Assembly (NCBI GenBank): GCA_040143965.1
Contig: JASJQH010000068.1
Coordinates: forward strand, 1-34,111
Direction: 5' to 3'
Source: Basidiobolus ranarum
Taxonomy: Eukaryota
Length of the DNA stretch: 34,111 nucleotides
In this document: positions 1-9,964 of the stretch, piece after piece
Layout of the letters: each line of letters starts with the position of its first letter
How positions within the stretch are numbered: position 1 is the first letter of the stretch
Position numbers and translations under genes: made by a program
Notes under the pieces: model-generated
Database searches by the model: none
Told to the model about the DNA's origin: nothing
What the model saw: the letters and a program-made list of their open reading frames with translations, nothing else

Positions 1-107
1 TACAAGCAACTGATTGGCCTTAGACTTTGTGTTCAGATGCAGTCACCATACTCCATATTTTCCTCTTTGGGAATTACTGCTTGTACCACAAGTCACCAGA
101 CTTTCAA

Positions 108-233
108 CATTAGTTTGTTTACATCTTGACAAAACTATAAATATCAACTTTCTACTCAATAAATCAATAAGTGAAAACCACCAATTCCTCTAATTCTCCA
201 AACCACTTCCAACAGGCTCCCAAATACTATAAC
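108..233 (+). repeat. LTR 3' portion, copy 1 (opposite orientation to the adjacent integrase fragment)
   Basis: ttctactcaataaatcaa...aaaccacttccaacaggctcccaaatactataaca recurs at 1080-1205 (inverted), 1250-1335 and 1975-2045, and ends in ...AACA. Confidence 0.75.
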
Positions 234-1079
234 AGTATAATCATCAATAAGTGTGATTTAATATCTTTTTTTGCCTAAAGACAAATTTTGCATAGGTCCA
301 CCCAAATCTGAATGAATTAGATCAAACTTTTTAACCAATTTGATTAAACCAAAGCTCTTGAACAGTTGCCTGGCTTGTTTTCATATATACAACCCTCACA
401 AATTTCCATATTGGTTGGGGGTTAACTTGAATTTTAGAAATTAGGTGATTTTAATCATTTTGCTCAAATAATCAAATCCAATATGGCCAAATCAATTAAG
501 CCATAATTAAATAGTTTCCTGATTTGAATGACTTATATTTAGACAAAAACCTCTTGAATTATATGTAAGCTTGTATAAGTTTTGATCCTTTTCTCCAAAA
601 GCTAAATAATTCCCATTTTGAGCAGTGATGATGCATCCTGACTTATCAAAATTGAATTTTAACCCTTCTGAGGTGGCTTTGCATAAAGATATTAAATTCT
701 TAGCAATATCTGGAACATGTAGTATATCCTTAAAAGTATATACTTTCTCTTCAGAAGCTCCAGTTAAATTGACTTGAATTGTTCTCATTCCAATAGCTTC
801 CAATGTGCAGTCATCTCCCATGAAAAGCTTTCTAATTGGGATTTCTTTGTAATTGACAAACCAATGTTTTGCATTTTTGAAATGTTGGGAAGCTCCAGAA
901 TAAATATATCATGTCTGAGAATCCTTGTTGGCAGTCATAGATAGAGCAGATATGAACAAGTAATCTTCTGTTGCAACCACATTCACATATTCATTACATT
1001 TTTCTTCTTTTGCAATTCTTTTAAACTAATCTTTGCTTAAGTAGACATAACAGAGAGTGCAAGCTTGGGGCTCATAGCC
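234..1079 (-). mobile_element. Degenerate Ty1/copia LTR retrotransposon internal region (PBS, gag remnant, protease, GAG-pre-integrase, start of integrase)
   Basis: Minus-strand translation gives decayed copia motifs: YIYSGASQH (protease DSGAS.H), MGDDCTLEAIG...DILHVPDIAKNLISL, FGHIGFD (LGH), ICEGC, and LIHSDLGGPMQ...ITLIDDY (integrase). Stops and frameshifts are present. PBS-like GGCTATGAGCCC lies at 1068-1079, directly after an LTR end (...TTTAACA). Confidence 0.88.
1068..1079 (-). promoter_or_regulatory. Copia-type primer binding site (GGTTATGAGCCC-like)
   Basis: Minus strand reads ...ctttaaca|ggctatgagccc, one mismatch to the copia/Ty5-type tRNA-iMet-fragment PBS, immediately adjacent to the LTR terminus. 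Confidence 0.7.
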
Positions 1080-1205
1080 TGTTAAAGTATTTGGGATCCT
1101 GTTGGAAGTGGTTTAGAGAATTAGAGGAATTGGTGGTTTTTTCACTCATTGATTTATTGAGTAGGAAGTTGACATTTATAGTTTTGTCAAGATGCAAACA
1201 AACAA
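1080..1205 (-). repeat. LTR 3' portion, copy 2 (5' LTR of the minus-strand copia element)
   Basis: Reverse complement of the 108-233 repeat, followed on the minus strand by the PBS. Confidence 0.75.
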
Positions 1206-1249
1206 ATATGTAGAATGTGTTAACATATTCTACATGTTAATTTGTTAAC

Positions 1250-1335
1250 CTTCTACTCAATAAATCAACAAGTGAAAACCACCAATTTCTCTAACTCTCC
1301 TAACCACTACCAACAGGCTTCCAAATACTTCAACA
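1250..1335 (+). repeat. LTR 3' portion, copy 3
   Basis: Direct imperfect copy of 151-233, ending ...ttcaaca. Confidence 0.7.
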
Positions 1336-1697
1336 AAAGAGACAACATACTATAGTACTTTCAGTACCAGATGTAGAGTATATGGCTGCTTGTGAAGTGA
1401 CAAAAGAAGCAAAATGGCTAAGAGAACTCATGACAGATTTGAACTATTCTTGAAATTCACCAACTAAAATATTTCAAGATAATGAAAGTTGTAGCAAGTT
1501 AGCCAGAAATGTCATAATACACACTAGAAGCAAGCTTATAGATATTAGACATCATGTTATCAGTTTATTGACTTAACTTATTTCTCTACAGAAAACATGA
1601 ATGTTAATATGTCAACCAAACCACTAGCTAGACAGATATTTTAGAAATTTAGAACTTGTTTCAGATATGTTTGCATGACTATTTGGCTGAAGGAAAG
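1336..1697 (+). mobile_element. Degenerate Ty1/copia RNase H domain plus polypurine tract
   Basis: Translates to KRQHTIVLSVPDVEYMAACEVTKEAKWLRELMTDL...PTKIFQDNES...HTRSKLIDIRHH...TKPL, the copia RNase H signature (EAEY, KE..WL, DN, KHIDIR). Contains stops. PPT-like gaaggaaag at 1689-1697. Confidence 0.88.
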
Positions 1698-2045
1698 TCT
1701 TGGAATTAGCATTGTCTAAGCACTTATATAGTCATATAGAGCTTAGTATTTAGGAGTTCTATATTGCACTAAGATATCACCCTTGATTATCAATAGAAAT
1801 TACTCAAAAAATATTTGCCAACTTAGAAGTTCTCAGATATATAAGTTTTTGCAAGCTGGTGCAAAAAGCCCTAAACTTTGCATGCATGATGCCAGGACCC
1901 TCCTTAACAAACTCTTCATGTTGGCTTGCTTACATCTTGGCAAAACAATAAATGTTAACTTTAAACTCAGTTAGTAAATAAGTGCAAACCACCAATTTCT
2001 CTAATTCTTCAAACCACTTCCAACAGGTCCCAAAATACTGTAACA
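1698..2045 (+). mobile_element. Putative 3' LTR of the plus-strand copia remnant (~350 bp)
   Basis: Starts right after the PPT (tcttggaa, decayed TGTTGG) and ends with the shared LTR 3' repeat ...ccaaaatactgtaaca. Confidence 0.6.
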
Positions 2046-2065
2046 CCAAGGTGAGGTGAATATCC

Positions 2066-2176
2066 GAAGTAAATTTCATTTGAAAATAAAGGGTGATATC
2101 TTAGTGAAATATTGGATAATAAAATATTAAGCTATATATGACTATATAGGTGTTTAGGCAATGCTATTTTCAACCA
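2066..2176 (-). repeat. Inverted partial copy of the LTR 5' portion
   Basis: Reverse complement reads tagcattgcctaaacacctatatagtcatatatagcttaatatt...cactaagatatcaccctt, matching about 1707-1785. Confidence 0.7.
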
Positions 2177-3560
2177 TATTTACTTGGTGCTAGTCAGGAA
2201 GGTTGAGATGGGACATGGAATAACCATGATTAACGCCATAATGTTAAAATTTTGGCTCTTGGATACTGTGAAATTTAGTAATATAGCTGATAATGCACGA
2301 TCTTAGTGGTAAAAACATGTTGCACTCAAAACTGATTCACTCACTGCCGTGAATATAAGTGTGTATAATATCACCAAGATTCATGGTATCACCTTCATAA
2401 CATAAAGAACTATTATTTTCTTCAGCAGCATGACACATAGCATGTTAAAACATGAAGTAAATGGTTAGATATTATCATTTGAAAAAACGCATGCCAAAAA
2501 ATGAATCAGTTTTGAGCAATAGTGTATAAATATTTTGAGTTTGAGAGCTGTTGATTATTTGATGAGAAAAAAAGAGTTTACACTTTTTGGTAGAATTATA
2601 GAAAATAAACAATGGAGTTATGTTCAGAATATCTGTTGAACTAACTTCAGTCATCCCAGAGTCAATTTGAATGACTTCGAAATTTCACGTTCCAAGTTGT
2701 TAATTCGTGCTAAATATATGTTTGAACTAGGTGATATTTGAGTAAATAATGATAAATAACTTCGATGTGATACAAGGAACAGTCTGGGCCACAGATATAG
2801 GAATGACAAATATGATGTAGGTAATAATCTTCAACAGGACCTCTTTCTCCCTCTTCAGACTTTCCATACGAACCTCAACTATCTGGTTCGTCATTTACCA
2901 GACTCCATAAACTTAATGTTTTGCTAAAATACACCAATTTGGACAACCTGGTCAATGATATCGACAAGCTTCTTTGAAAAGCAAGAATCCATCAATACTC
3001 ACTTCAATAATATAGAAAATACCTCTGACGAACAGCGATATTTAAGCCAAGTTATAGTTGCTTGTTAGAACTCCAAATAGCCCAAATATTCTTCCAGGAT
3101 TCAGTTGTATATATTTTCACATCCTGCTGTTCATGAATTTCATACCCGTTGTGTTGGGATTCGACTATTGAAGTCATTCCTCTAGAGAAACCGCTAATTA
3201 TATGGCCACGCTTTGCGAAGCAGAAGATCAATACAAGATTTCTTGTGGATGATCTCAATGCTACAGTGATAATGGATGGCATTATGTCAACATAGTGAAT
3301 TCACATACTTCAACCTTATTATCATCGTCTATATATATGTATGCTTCTGTATATGAGATGAGATTGCATCTATACACATAGGCGTTTGTTTGGTAGGAAG
3401 TGGATATTGTGCATGCGTCTTTGGCCAACATTACTATTCCTAGCATCATCTAATATATGAAGCATGAACAATCATAGTAATCTTAGAGCCCTAACTCGGT
3501 TTGTGATCCATAATGTTTCTTAGAAGATCGGTCTGGTTCATTGGTAATACTAATAGAAAA

Positions 3561-3602
3561 TCCAAATACTCTCTCACCTGTTCCAAATACTCTCTCACCT
3601 GT
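3561..3602. repeat. Perfect 21-bp tandem duplication (tccaaatactctctcacctgt x2)
   Basis: Directly visible in the sequence. Confidence 0.9.
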
Positions 3603-3854
3603 GCAGATATGCCAGCTTCCTTTTTAAAATAAGTCAGAGATGAATATTTTTTATAAATTTTACCACACTTTTGGCTAGCAACGGCTGATTTGTATAACAC
3701 GAAAACTGGTTTTACTCTAAATGCAAAATGGATAAGAATTTTACTTTAAGATCTGCAACCTTAAACATTGTACAACTAGGAGATGGTATTTAACCTGCCA
3801 TTGATAATCTAGTTTGTCATAAACCATCGACTCCTTTGAAGATACCTCCACAAA

Positions 3855-4151
3855 ATGAGACTACACTATATTGCCTTCGCGCTACTTGCTCTTCCTTTCG
3901 TAGCCCACGCAGCTGAGCCCAAAGAAGCTGACTTAGACGCTGGAGGTCTTGGCTTGACTATTGTCAAAACCTTGTTGAAAGTAGGACTTCGTAAAGTCAA
4001 CACTAAATCCGCTTGCCAAGCATGCAAAGGTCTATGCAACAGAATCTTTTCCGGCTCCACTAAAGATATCTGCAAGTATGAAGTTTGTGTTGGAACCTTA
4101 GGTGGTGTTGAAACTACCGAGAAGAAGCCATCTTGCACTTTAATTAAATAA
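3855..4151 (+). CDS. Small secreted cysteine-rich cationic protein (98 aa), candidate antimicrobial/effector precursor
   Basis: Good start context (caaaATG), signal peptide MRLHYIAFALLALPFVAHA, short acidic spacer, amphipathic Lys-rich helix, six Cys, AATAAA about 47 nt after the stop; intronless. Confidence 0.8.
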   Translation: MRLHYIAFALLALPFVAHAAEPKEADLDAGGLGLTIVKTLLKVGLRKVNTKSACQACKGLCNRIFSGSTKDICKYEVCVGTLGGVETTEKKPSCTLIK

Positions 4152-4836
4152 TTTGATGAGTGCAAAAGTCAAATATACTGTGGAAATGAGTTTCTTCAAT
4201 AAATCAAGTAGTCAATTATAAGTTGATTTTTCATTATCTCTGATTGTCATAGTCATCATAGACATGGAATAAATCGGGTTTTGATGTATTTAACATCAAT
4301 AAACAGGGGTTGGTCCAAGTATAAGGTAAATCAAGACGGTAGGAGTGCATATAATGGTATCTATATTGAGTATAGAACTAACGTTACGTTACACAGTTGA
4401 TCTTTTTGTAACAAGACTTATCGATGAAAGTTTCTTATCATCACAAATGATCTTGTTACAAATTGAAATTTTAACCAAATACTTATTTTTATCGACTTGA
4501 TGTAAGTAAACGACTATACTATACTACATTCTGTGCCTACTAGTTGTACAACTGCAGAATACTTATCCTTTTATTGTGTATCCGTGCGGGTGTTATTAAG
4601 TGCCTATTTCTATACGTAGCAAATTTCCAGAGGTTGAACGAGATCGATGTAGATGATTATTCCACCGCTGTACTCAGTTAATTCTACACATATAATACTG
4701 ATTATGTAAGTCTCATTGTAAGTAGTATTCAATCTAGTTCGCCTAAGGACTTTAGAACCGAGGATTTAAGAGTGTACAAATGTGATTCCATGAACATTCA
4801 AAGGGTACACATAAACTCACCTTCCCTAATCAATTC

Positions 4837-5338
4837 ATAAAGAGCTGGACTATCCTTATCTGCTTAACCTTTCTACTCCTCCAGGTGATTCTGGGCATTA
4901 CTGGTCCGGATGTCAACTATGTGCAGTGCACTGGTAGACCTCAAAAGGAAGTAAAACCCTCATCTATGAAAGTGATATCTGGTAATGGCGACCTTCAAAA
5001 ATGTTCGCCCTGGTTAATCAGCAGCGTCAACAATATGGCATGAAGCCACTCAAACTTAACAGACACTTGGTGCGGCTGCTCAAAAGCATACAAACTACCA
5101 AACTCATGTTAACCAATGACTCGTGATGAACCTTTAGGCACTTATATCTCTGAAAATGGATTTAATTGGAGAGTTATGGGGGGGGGTAAATGTTGGCAGC
5201 GGTTATGCTAGCATCGAGATGCAAGGTTAGATGAACTTTGCTGGACATCGACGCAACATTCTTGAACCTCAGCTTACCTCCTTTGGTTCTGGCTACGTTG
5301 CCAATGGGGACTACTGGGCACAACTATTCGGTGGCTAA
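4837..5338 (+). pseudogene. CAP/SCP/PR-1 superfamily (YkwD-like) secreted protein pseudogene
   Basis: Stitched translation: signal-like IKSWTILICLTFLLLQVILG; MFALVNQQRQQYGMKPLKLNRHLV; AAQKH; NVGSGY; MQG*MNFAGHRRNILEPQLTSFGSGY...YWAQLFGG*. Several frameshifts, TAG in place of the conserved Trp at 5228-5230, and ATA where an ATG is expected. Confidence 0.85.
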
Positions 5339-6400
5339 AATCCCCTCTCTGGGGCAGTCTGTTTGTCAATATGAATCAAGAATACAGGAAATGGTAAACT
5401 AGATATATTATTTTGTTAGGGCTCATCGGATGGCTTAGAGTAATCAATAAATAGAAAATTTCGATGGTCTTTTACAAACATATGGATCTATTGGGAAATA
5501 CGTTACTTTATCATAAATATGAAGGATATTTTGGCATGCTGTGAAGGCAGTGATTAGATGAGCTAGTTATCCAAGGAAATGATGAAACCTAAAAGGGCAA
5601 TGTCGATCCAAAAATGCGGTAGTTGATTTAACTAAAATAGATTTCATATAGTACTGAGAGAGCATCGCTTAGGATGAAGCTACAATCAAATACCTAACAA
5701 GGGTATATACCCATGTCAAGTGACCAGGAATATCTGTATTATCAAGATATCATCACGATTGTGAGTTTTCCAATAATTCCTTTTTCGTTAGTATCGCAAA
5801 ATAAGCCATGAAAATCCTCACATTTCCATAATATTCAAAATTTCAATGTTTTTATATCATTACGATCAACCTAGATATCGATTCTATGAATCATGAGTTC
5901 TAAACTAACTATTAAAGGAATAATGAGAAACACTTGTAAATCCTCTACTCTTAGGGCGGTCGTTAGTGAGAATGATTTCTTTCTAGTGTTTCCGTTTAAA
6001 TCCACTCCAACGAGCTAAATAGGAAGCAAGCTTATCATCACTAATACGGTGAATGACTAACCAAGTTCTTCAATTGGTAAAGTCAGTCAGAGAAAAAGAT
6101 TGTAGCATGGGTTCGATCGTTATTTTCATAGGTTGGGGATGTTGCCATGTCAGCCCTAAAGTAAGTACTGTCTTTTTGACTGGCCCATCCATCATCAACA
6201 CTAAAACTAGTTGAATGTGAGTTTTTTTGGTGATAAAAATGGTCAGATTATATAAACTTTAGACTTTCGAGAAAATAAATGAAGATGCAATAAGTACTAG
6301 ATATATCAAGTCAAGATGAATGCGTCTTTGGTCAAAGCATAAATGGTAAGATGTATTATGAAATCCAATAAAGACCACGTTGCCGAACTGCCCGAGGAAC

Positions 6401-6408
6401 ATATAAAA
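6401..6408 (+). promoter_or_regulatory. Candidate TATA box of the HAS-like gene
   Basis: ATATAAAA about 45 nt upstream of ATG 6452. Confidence 0.4.
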
Positions 6409-6451
6409 ACGTGGGGAGTTGTTGAAGAACACTCAAATTTATATCTTCCCA

Positions 6452-8452
6452 ATGTTGACAAAGGACTCCAAACCATACCCACCTCCACCCCCTCAAGGGT
6501 TTTGGTTCTACTGCTATGCATTGCTCAAGGTTATACTGGGCCCTTGCTTCGTTGCTGCAGTAATTGTTGGAATAGTATGCGACGTGAATATCGCCAGCTC
6601 ATCAACAGTCACTTTGGGAATTTATGGAGTAACTATCATTACCTTCTTCGTTGTTCAAGTCTGCTTTGCCACCATAAACCGTATTCGAATGAACCGGATT
6701 GGCAAAACCTCCTTAAATCAAGAGAATACCAAACAAGTTATCGCCGTTGTTGTCGGTTATCGTGAAGAAATCAATGCTTGGTCTGCTGCTCTTCAGAGTC
6801 TAAAACGATCCAGTTATGCAGGGTTAAAAAAGGTGATTGCAGTTTGTGATGGCAACGAAGCGGCTGATGAAGAGATGGCTCAAGAATTTATACGTGTATT
6901 TCCTGAAGGATGTATTGTATCCCTCCCTGAAAGTATTGTTACAGTTTATAAACGAATGTACGGCATTGCGCTTGAAGCTGGTCAAACTCCGAAGGAAGCC
7001 GAGGACTGGGCATGGAAGAACACCAGTGATGATGTTCAATATATCGCTAGTAAATATGATCTTGGGTCTAGTAAACACATCTGCTTTCTTCAACCACATG
7101 GACACAAGCGCATTGCCATGTTTACCGGATTTCTTATGGCCATTGAAGGTTTTCAATGTGATGGTTATTTATTCACCACGGACTCTGATACTTTAGTAGA
7201 CGAGGATGCCATCGGCCACCTGGTTAGATGTATCCAATCTGAGAAGAACATTGGTGCAGTCACAGGAGATGTTAGAATCTGGAATCGCAAAGACAGCTTC
7301 TTGGCCAGAATGTGCTCACTTCGCTATTGGTTTGCTTTTAATATTGAACGTGCATGTCAATCCTTCAACAAAGCTGTTCTATGTGTAAGTGGACCACTAG
7401 GGTTATATGATGTTCGCATTCTGCGAGTCATTCTCGGTGGATGGGCACTTCAGAAGTTCGCCAAAACCGAAACTACCTTTGGAGATGATCGTCACCTTAC
7501 CAATCAAGTACTCAATTGTAACCTCAAGGTTCTTTACACCCATAAGGCCTATTGTTATTCCGACTCACCAGCCACATTAGTTCGATGGATTAAACAACAA
7601 ACCAGATGGGGTAAATCTTTCTACCGAGAGCTCATGTGGTTCCCTCGGGTTTACATCCTACATTCTCCATGGATATGTATTGAAATGTGTATTCAAGCTG
7701 TCTATCCATTCATCTTGGCCTACAATGCTCTTGCTTATCTCTATGGAAGTTACAGTTTTGCGCGATTGATTTCTTTCGCGATCACTGTGTGGCTAGTCGG
7801 TTTTATCAGGGCATTGTATGCATTCCTAATTACTTTAAAGGTGGTACGGAAAGACAAAGAGGAAAAAGAAGTGATGGACAGCAGAATCACCCAGGAAGGT
7901 GTACGCATTCCTCTGTTATGCACACCATGGGCACTTTATGCACGATTTGATTTCTTCCTCTTCTCAATCTATGGATTCTATTATTTCTTCTTCCTCATTC
8001 CGGCTAAGATTTATGCCATCCTTACTCCTCACCTTACTCAGTGGGGAACTTCAGCTCGCTCAGCCAGTGAAATGCGTAAAGGAGATTCGTTTATGGAACG
8101 CACCTCTCACATCATCGTTCATATCCCTTGGTTTATTGCTTTCGTCGTGGGTGTAGGACGTTTACTTTGGACCATCCTTGGTAGTATATACAGTTGGCTT
8201 ATTATCTTGATAGTGTTGATACCATTAGGAATACTTTATTGGGATATTATCAAAAGATACATATGTTGTTGCGTACCGGATATCGACATTGAGAAACAAT
8301 CGGACTCTGCACAATGCGAGAAAGCAATTACACGGTTGATTAATGTAGATAACTCATCTTGGCCTACAAACAGTATCATCTCCAAAGATTCCCACAGTGA
8401 AGGTGAACATAGTAGTGTTGCAAGTGGGCCAGTAATGAGTCAACCCATCTAG
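6452..8452 (+). CDS. Class I hyaluronan synthase-like membrane GT2 glycosyltransferase (intronless, ~666 aa)
   Basis: Two N-terminal TM helices; motifs GYREE, VCDG, CFLQPHGHKR, DSDT, AVTGDVRIWN, LRYWFAFNIERACQS, CVSGPLGLY, FGDDRHLTN, QQTRW and WGTS; several C-terminal TMs. First ATG is at 6452 (the ORF track starts at TTG 6419). Confidence 0.9.
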   Translation: MLTKDSKPYPPPPPQGFWFYCYALLKVILGPCFVAAVIVGIVCDVNIASSSTVTLGIYGVTIITFFVVQVCFATINRIRMNRIGKTSLNQENTKQVIAVVVGYREEINAWSAALQSLKRSSYAGLKKVIAVCDGNEAADEEMAQEFIRVFPEGCIVSLPESIVTVYKRMYGIALEAGQTPKEAEDWAWKNTSDDVQYIASKYDLGSSKHICFLQPHGHKRIAMFTGFLMAIEGFQCDGYLFTTDSDTLVDEDAIGHLVRCIQSEKNIGAVTGDVRIWNRKDSFLARMCSLRYWFAFNIERACQSFNKAVLCVSGPLGLYDVRILRVILGGWALQKFAKTETTFGDDRHLTNQVLNCNLKVLYTHKAYCYSDSPATLVRWIKQQTRWGKSFYRELMWFPRVYILHSPWICIEMCIQAVYPFILAYNALAYLYGSYSFARLISFAITVWLVGFIRALYAFLITLKVVRKDKEEKEVMDSRITQEGVRIPLLCTPWALYARFDFFLFSIYGFYYFFFLIPAKIYAILTPHLTQWGTSARSASEMRKGDSFMERTSHIIVHIPWFIAFVVGVGRLLWTILGSIYSWLIILIVLIPLGILYWDIIKRYICCCVPDIDIEKQSDSAQCEKAITRLINVDNSSWPTNSIISKDSHSEGEHSSVASGPVMSQPI

Positions 8453-8690
8453 GGAGAAAGATACTCTACGGCTAATCATGACCATCTTTCTTGTAGTATT
8501 TAATCAACATGCGAAATATATATATATTACCAATTTTCTGATCACAATAAACTCTAATGTTTCATGCAAACTTGCCATTTCTATCCACCTGCTAGACATT
8601 AGCTCACTCTTTCTTGTATTCCTTACAATATATAGATTCGTTAAGCGGTATTATTTGTTTGTTCAGCATAGCACGTAAGCACCCGTATTA

Positions 8691-8891
8691 GTATCAGTAT
8701 TCCTCACTATTGGAAGAATTAGAATTTCCGGCAACCGATACTAGAGTCTAATTGGTGAATTCAACATTTTACAATTGGATAATTGGAATCCAGATTTGGG
8801 TTGTATCCGTATTGTCGGGTAGAAGCTAAATTAGGCTCTATTATTGGTTGCCGGAAATTCTAGCTCTTCCAATATTGAGGAATACTGATAC
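8691..8891. mobile_element. MITE-like element (~200 bp) with ~63-bp imperfect terminal inverted repeats
   Basis: gtatcagtattcctcactattggaagaattagaatttccggcaaccgatactagagtctaatt (8691-8753) is near-complementary to 8829-8891. CAGT...ACTG ends suggest Tc1/pogo, but there is no clean TA target-site duplication. Confidence 0.75.
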
Positions 8892-9964
8892 CAAAAAGGG
8901 TGCCATAGCATTGGAATTCCAAACCCAATATAGAATTTCATTGGGAGTTGCATTTAACAATTCAATTTCAATTAACCTATTTGTAAAGATTGTGTTTGAA
9001 CCAATGGTTTGCTTGGAGTCTTCAACTAGACAGCTCTAGGATATGCTTCGAGTTCCAACTTTGTCAAGGTCTCCAGTCGAGAATATGCACATATCTTGGG
9101 GGACTCAGTTACAGTATCCTAGTATCATCGGTGGATTATAATTGTGGCTGGTTTGAAATTTATGAATAGTCAAATTACCATACTGAATTCCTATAATTAG
9201 TTATGCATGTTATGCTAGGCTTATCATCTGATCTTCATCTGGGATTCACCAATTGTACACTGGATATAATGAGCATTGAGTAAGTAACAAGTCACTACAT
9301 CTGTGACTAATAACCAGGCTATCACTATGACCTGAGTATATGTGAGTATTTTCCATACTTTAGTAGTACTAATATATATTACTAACTGCAACCCAAATGA
9401 GTCAAAGTTCCAGCTGAAATCTTGAGAAAATTGTTCAAATTCCCCTTAACTTTCTTAGTATACCAACACCACAACTATGTTGTCACTTTCCCGTATTTCT
9501 AACATAAAGATAAATCCATTTTTTTAATTCAATAAAGTAATCACTCCACATCATATATTGCTTTTATTCCCAAACACTTTCATTGAATCTATAATACTAA
9601 CAATAAAATCCCATTAAATGTAGTTGAGATAATTCGGAATAATGATTAGCTATTAAATGATCATCGCCCATGAATGTACTACGAATAATCCCAATTCAAG
9701 CGGAGTTAATATGCAATTGCGTCTCATATTCACAGGTATCATGTGTCTGGTGAATTACTGGACTATCAAGTGAGAATCCAGCTATTACCGATGACAAATC
9801 ACTAAGACCTTTGTACTAGTCATTGTATCCTTCCTAAATTAGGAAGAGGGGTTGAATTCCCAAGCCATATTCATATGCTACGATGTGAGGTATTTTAAGA
9901 GTGCCCTTTACATCCTACATTTTAATTATTGATCCACTTTTACGCACAATATTCTCTTTGTATA

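Noticed and set aside
2700-3300. Possible decayed gene on the minus strand (76-aa ORF and fragments)
   Set aside because: No recognisable motif or consistent exon structure.
3866-4165. 99-aa antisense ORF over the secreted peptide gene
   Set aside because: Non-ATG start and no recognisable features; the plus-strand ORF has a clear signal peptide.
6306-8156. Several short alternative-frame and antisense ORFs within the HAS-like gene
   Set aside because: All overlap a well-supported CDS and show no motifs.
6452-8452. Conventional fungal chitin synthase
   Set aside because: Has GDDRHLT/QQTRW rather than EDRxL/QRRRW, has R-Y instead of E-Y, and is too short with HAS-type topology.
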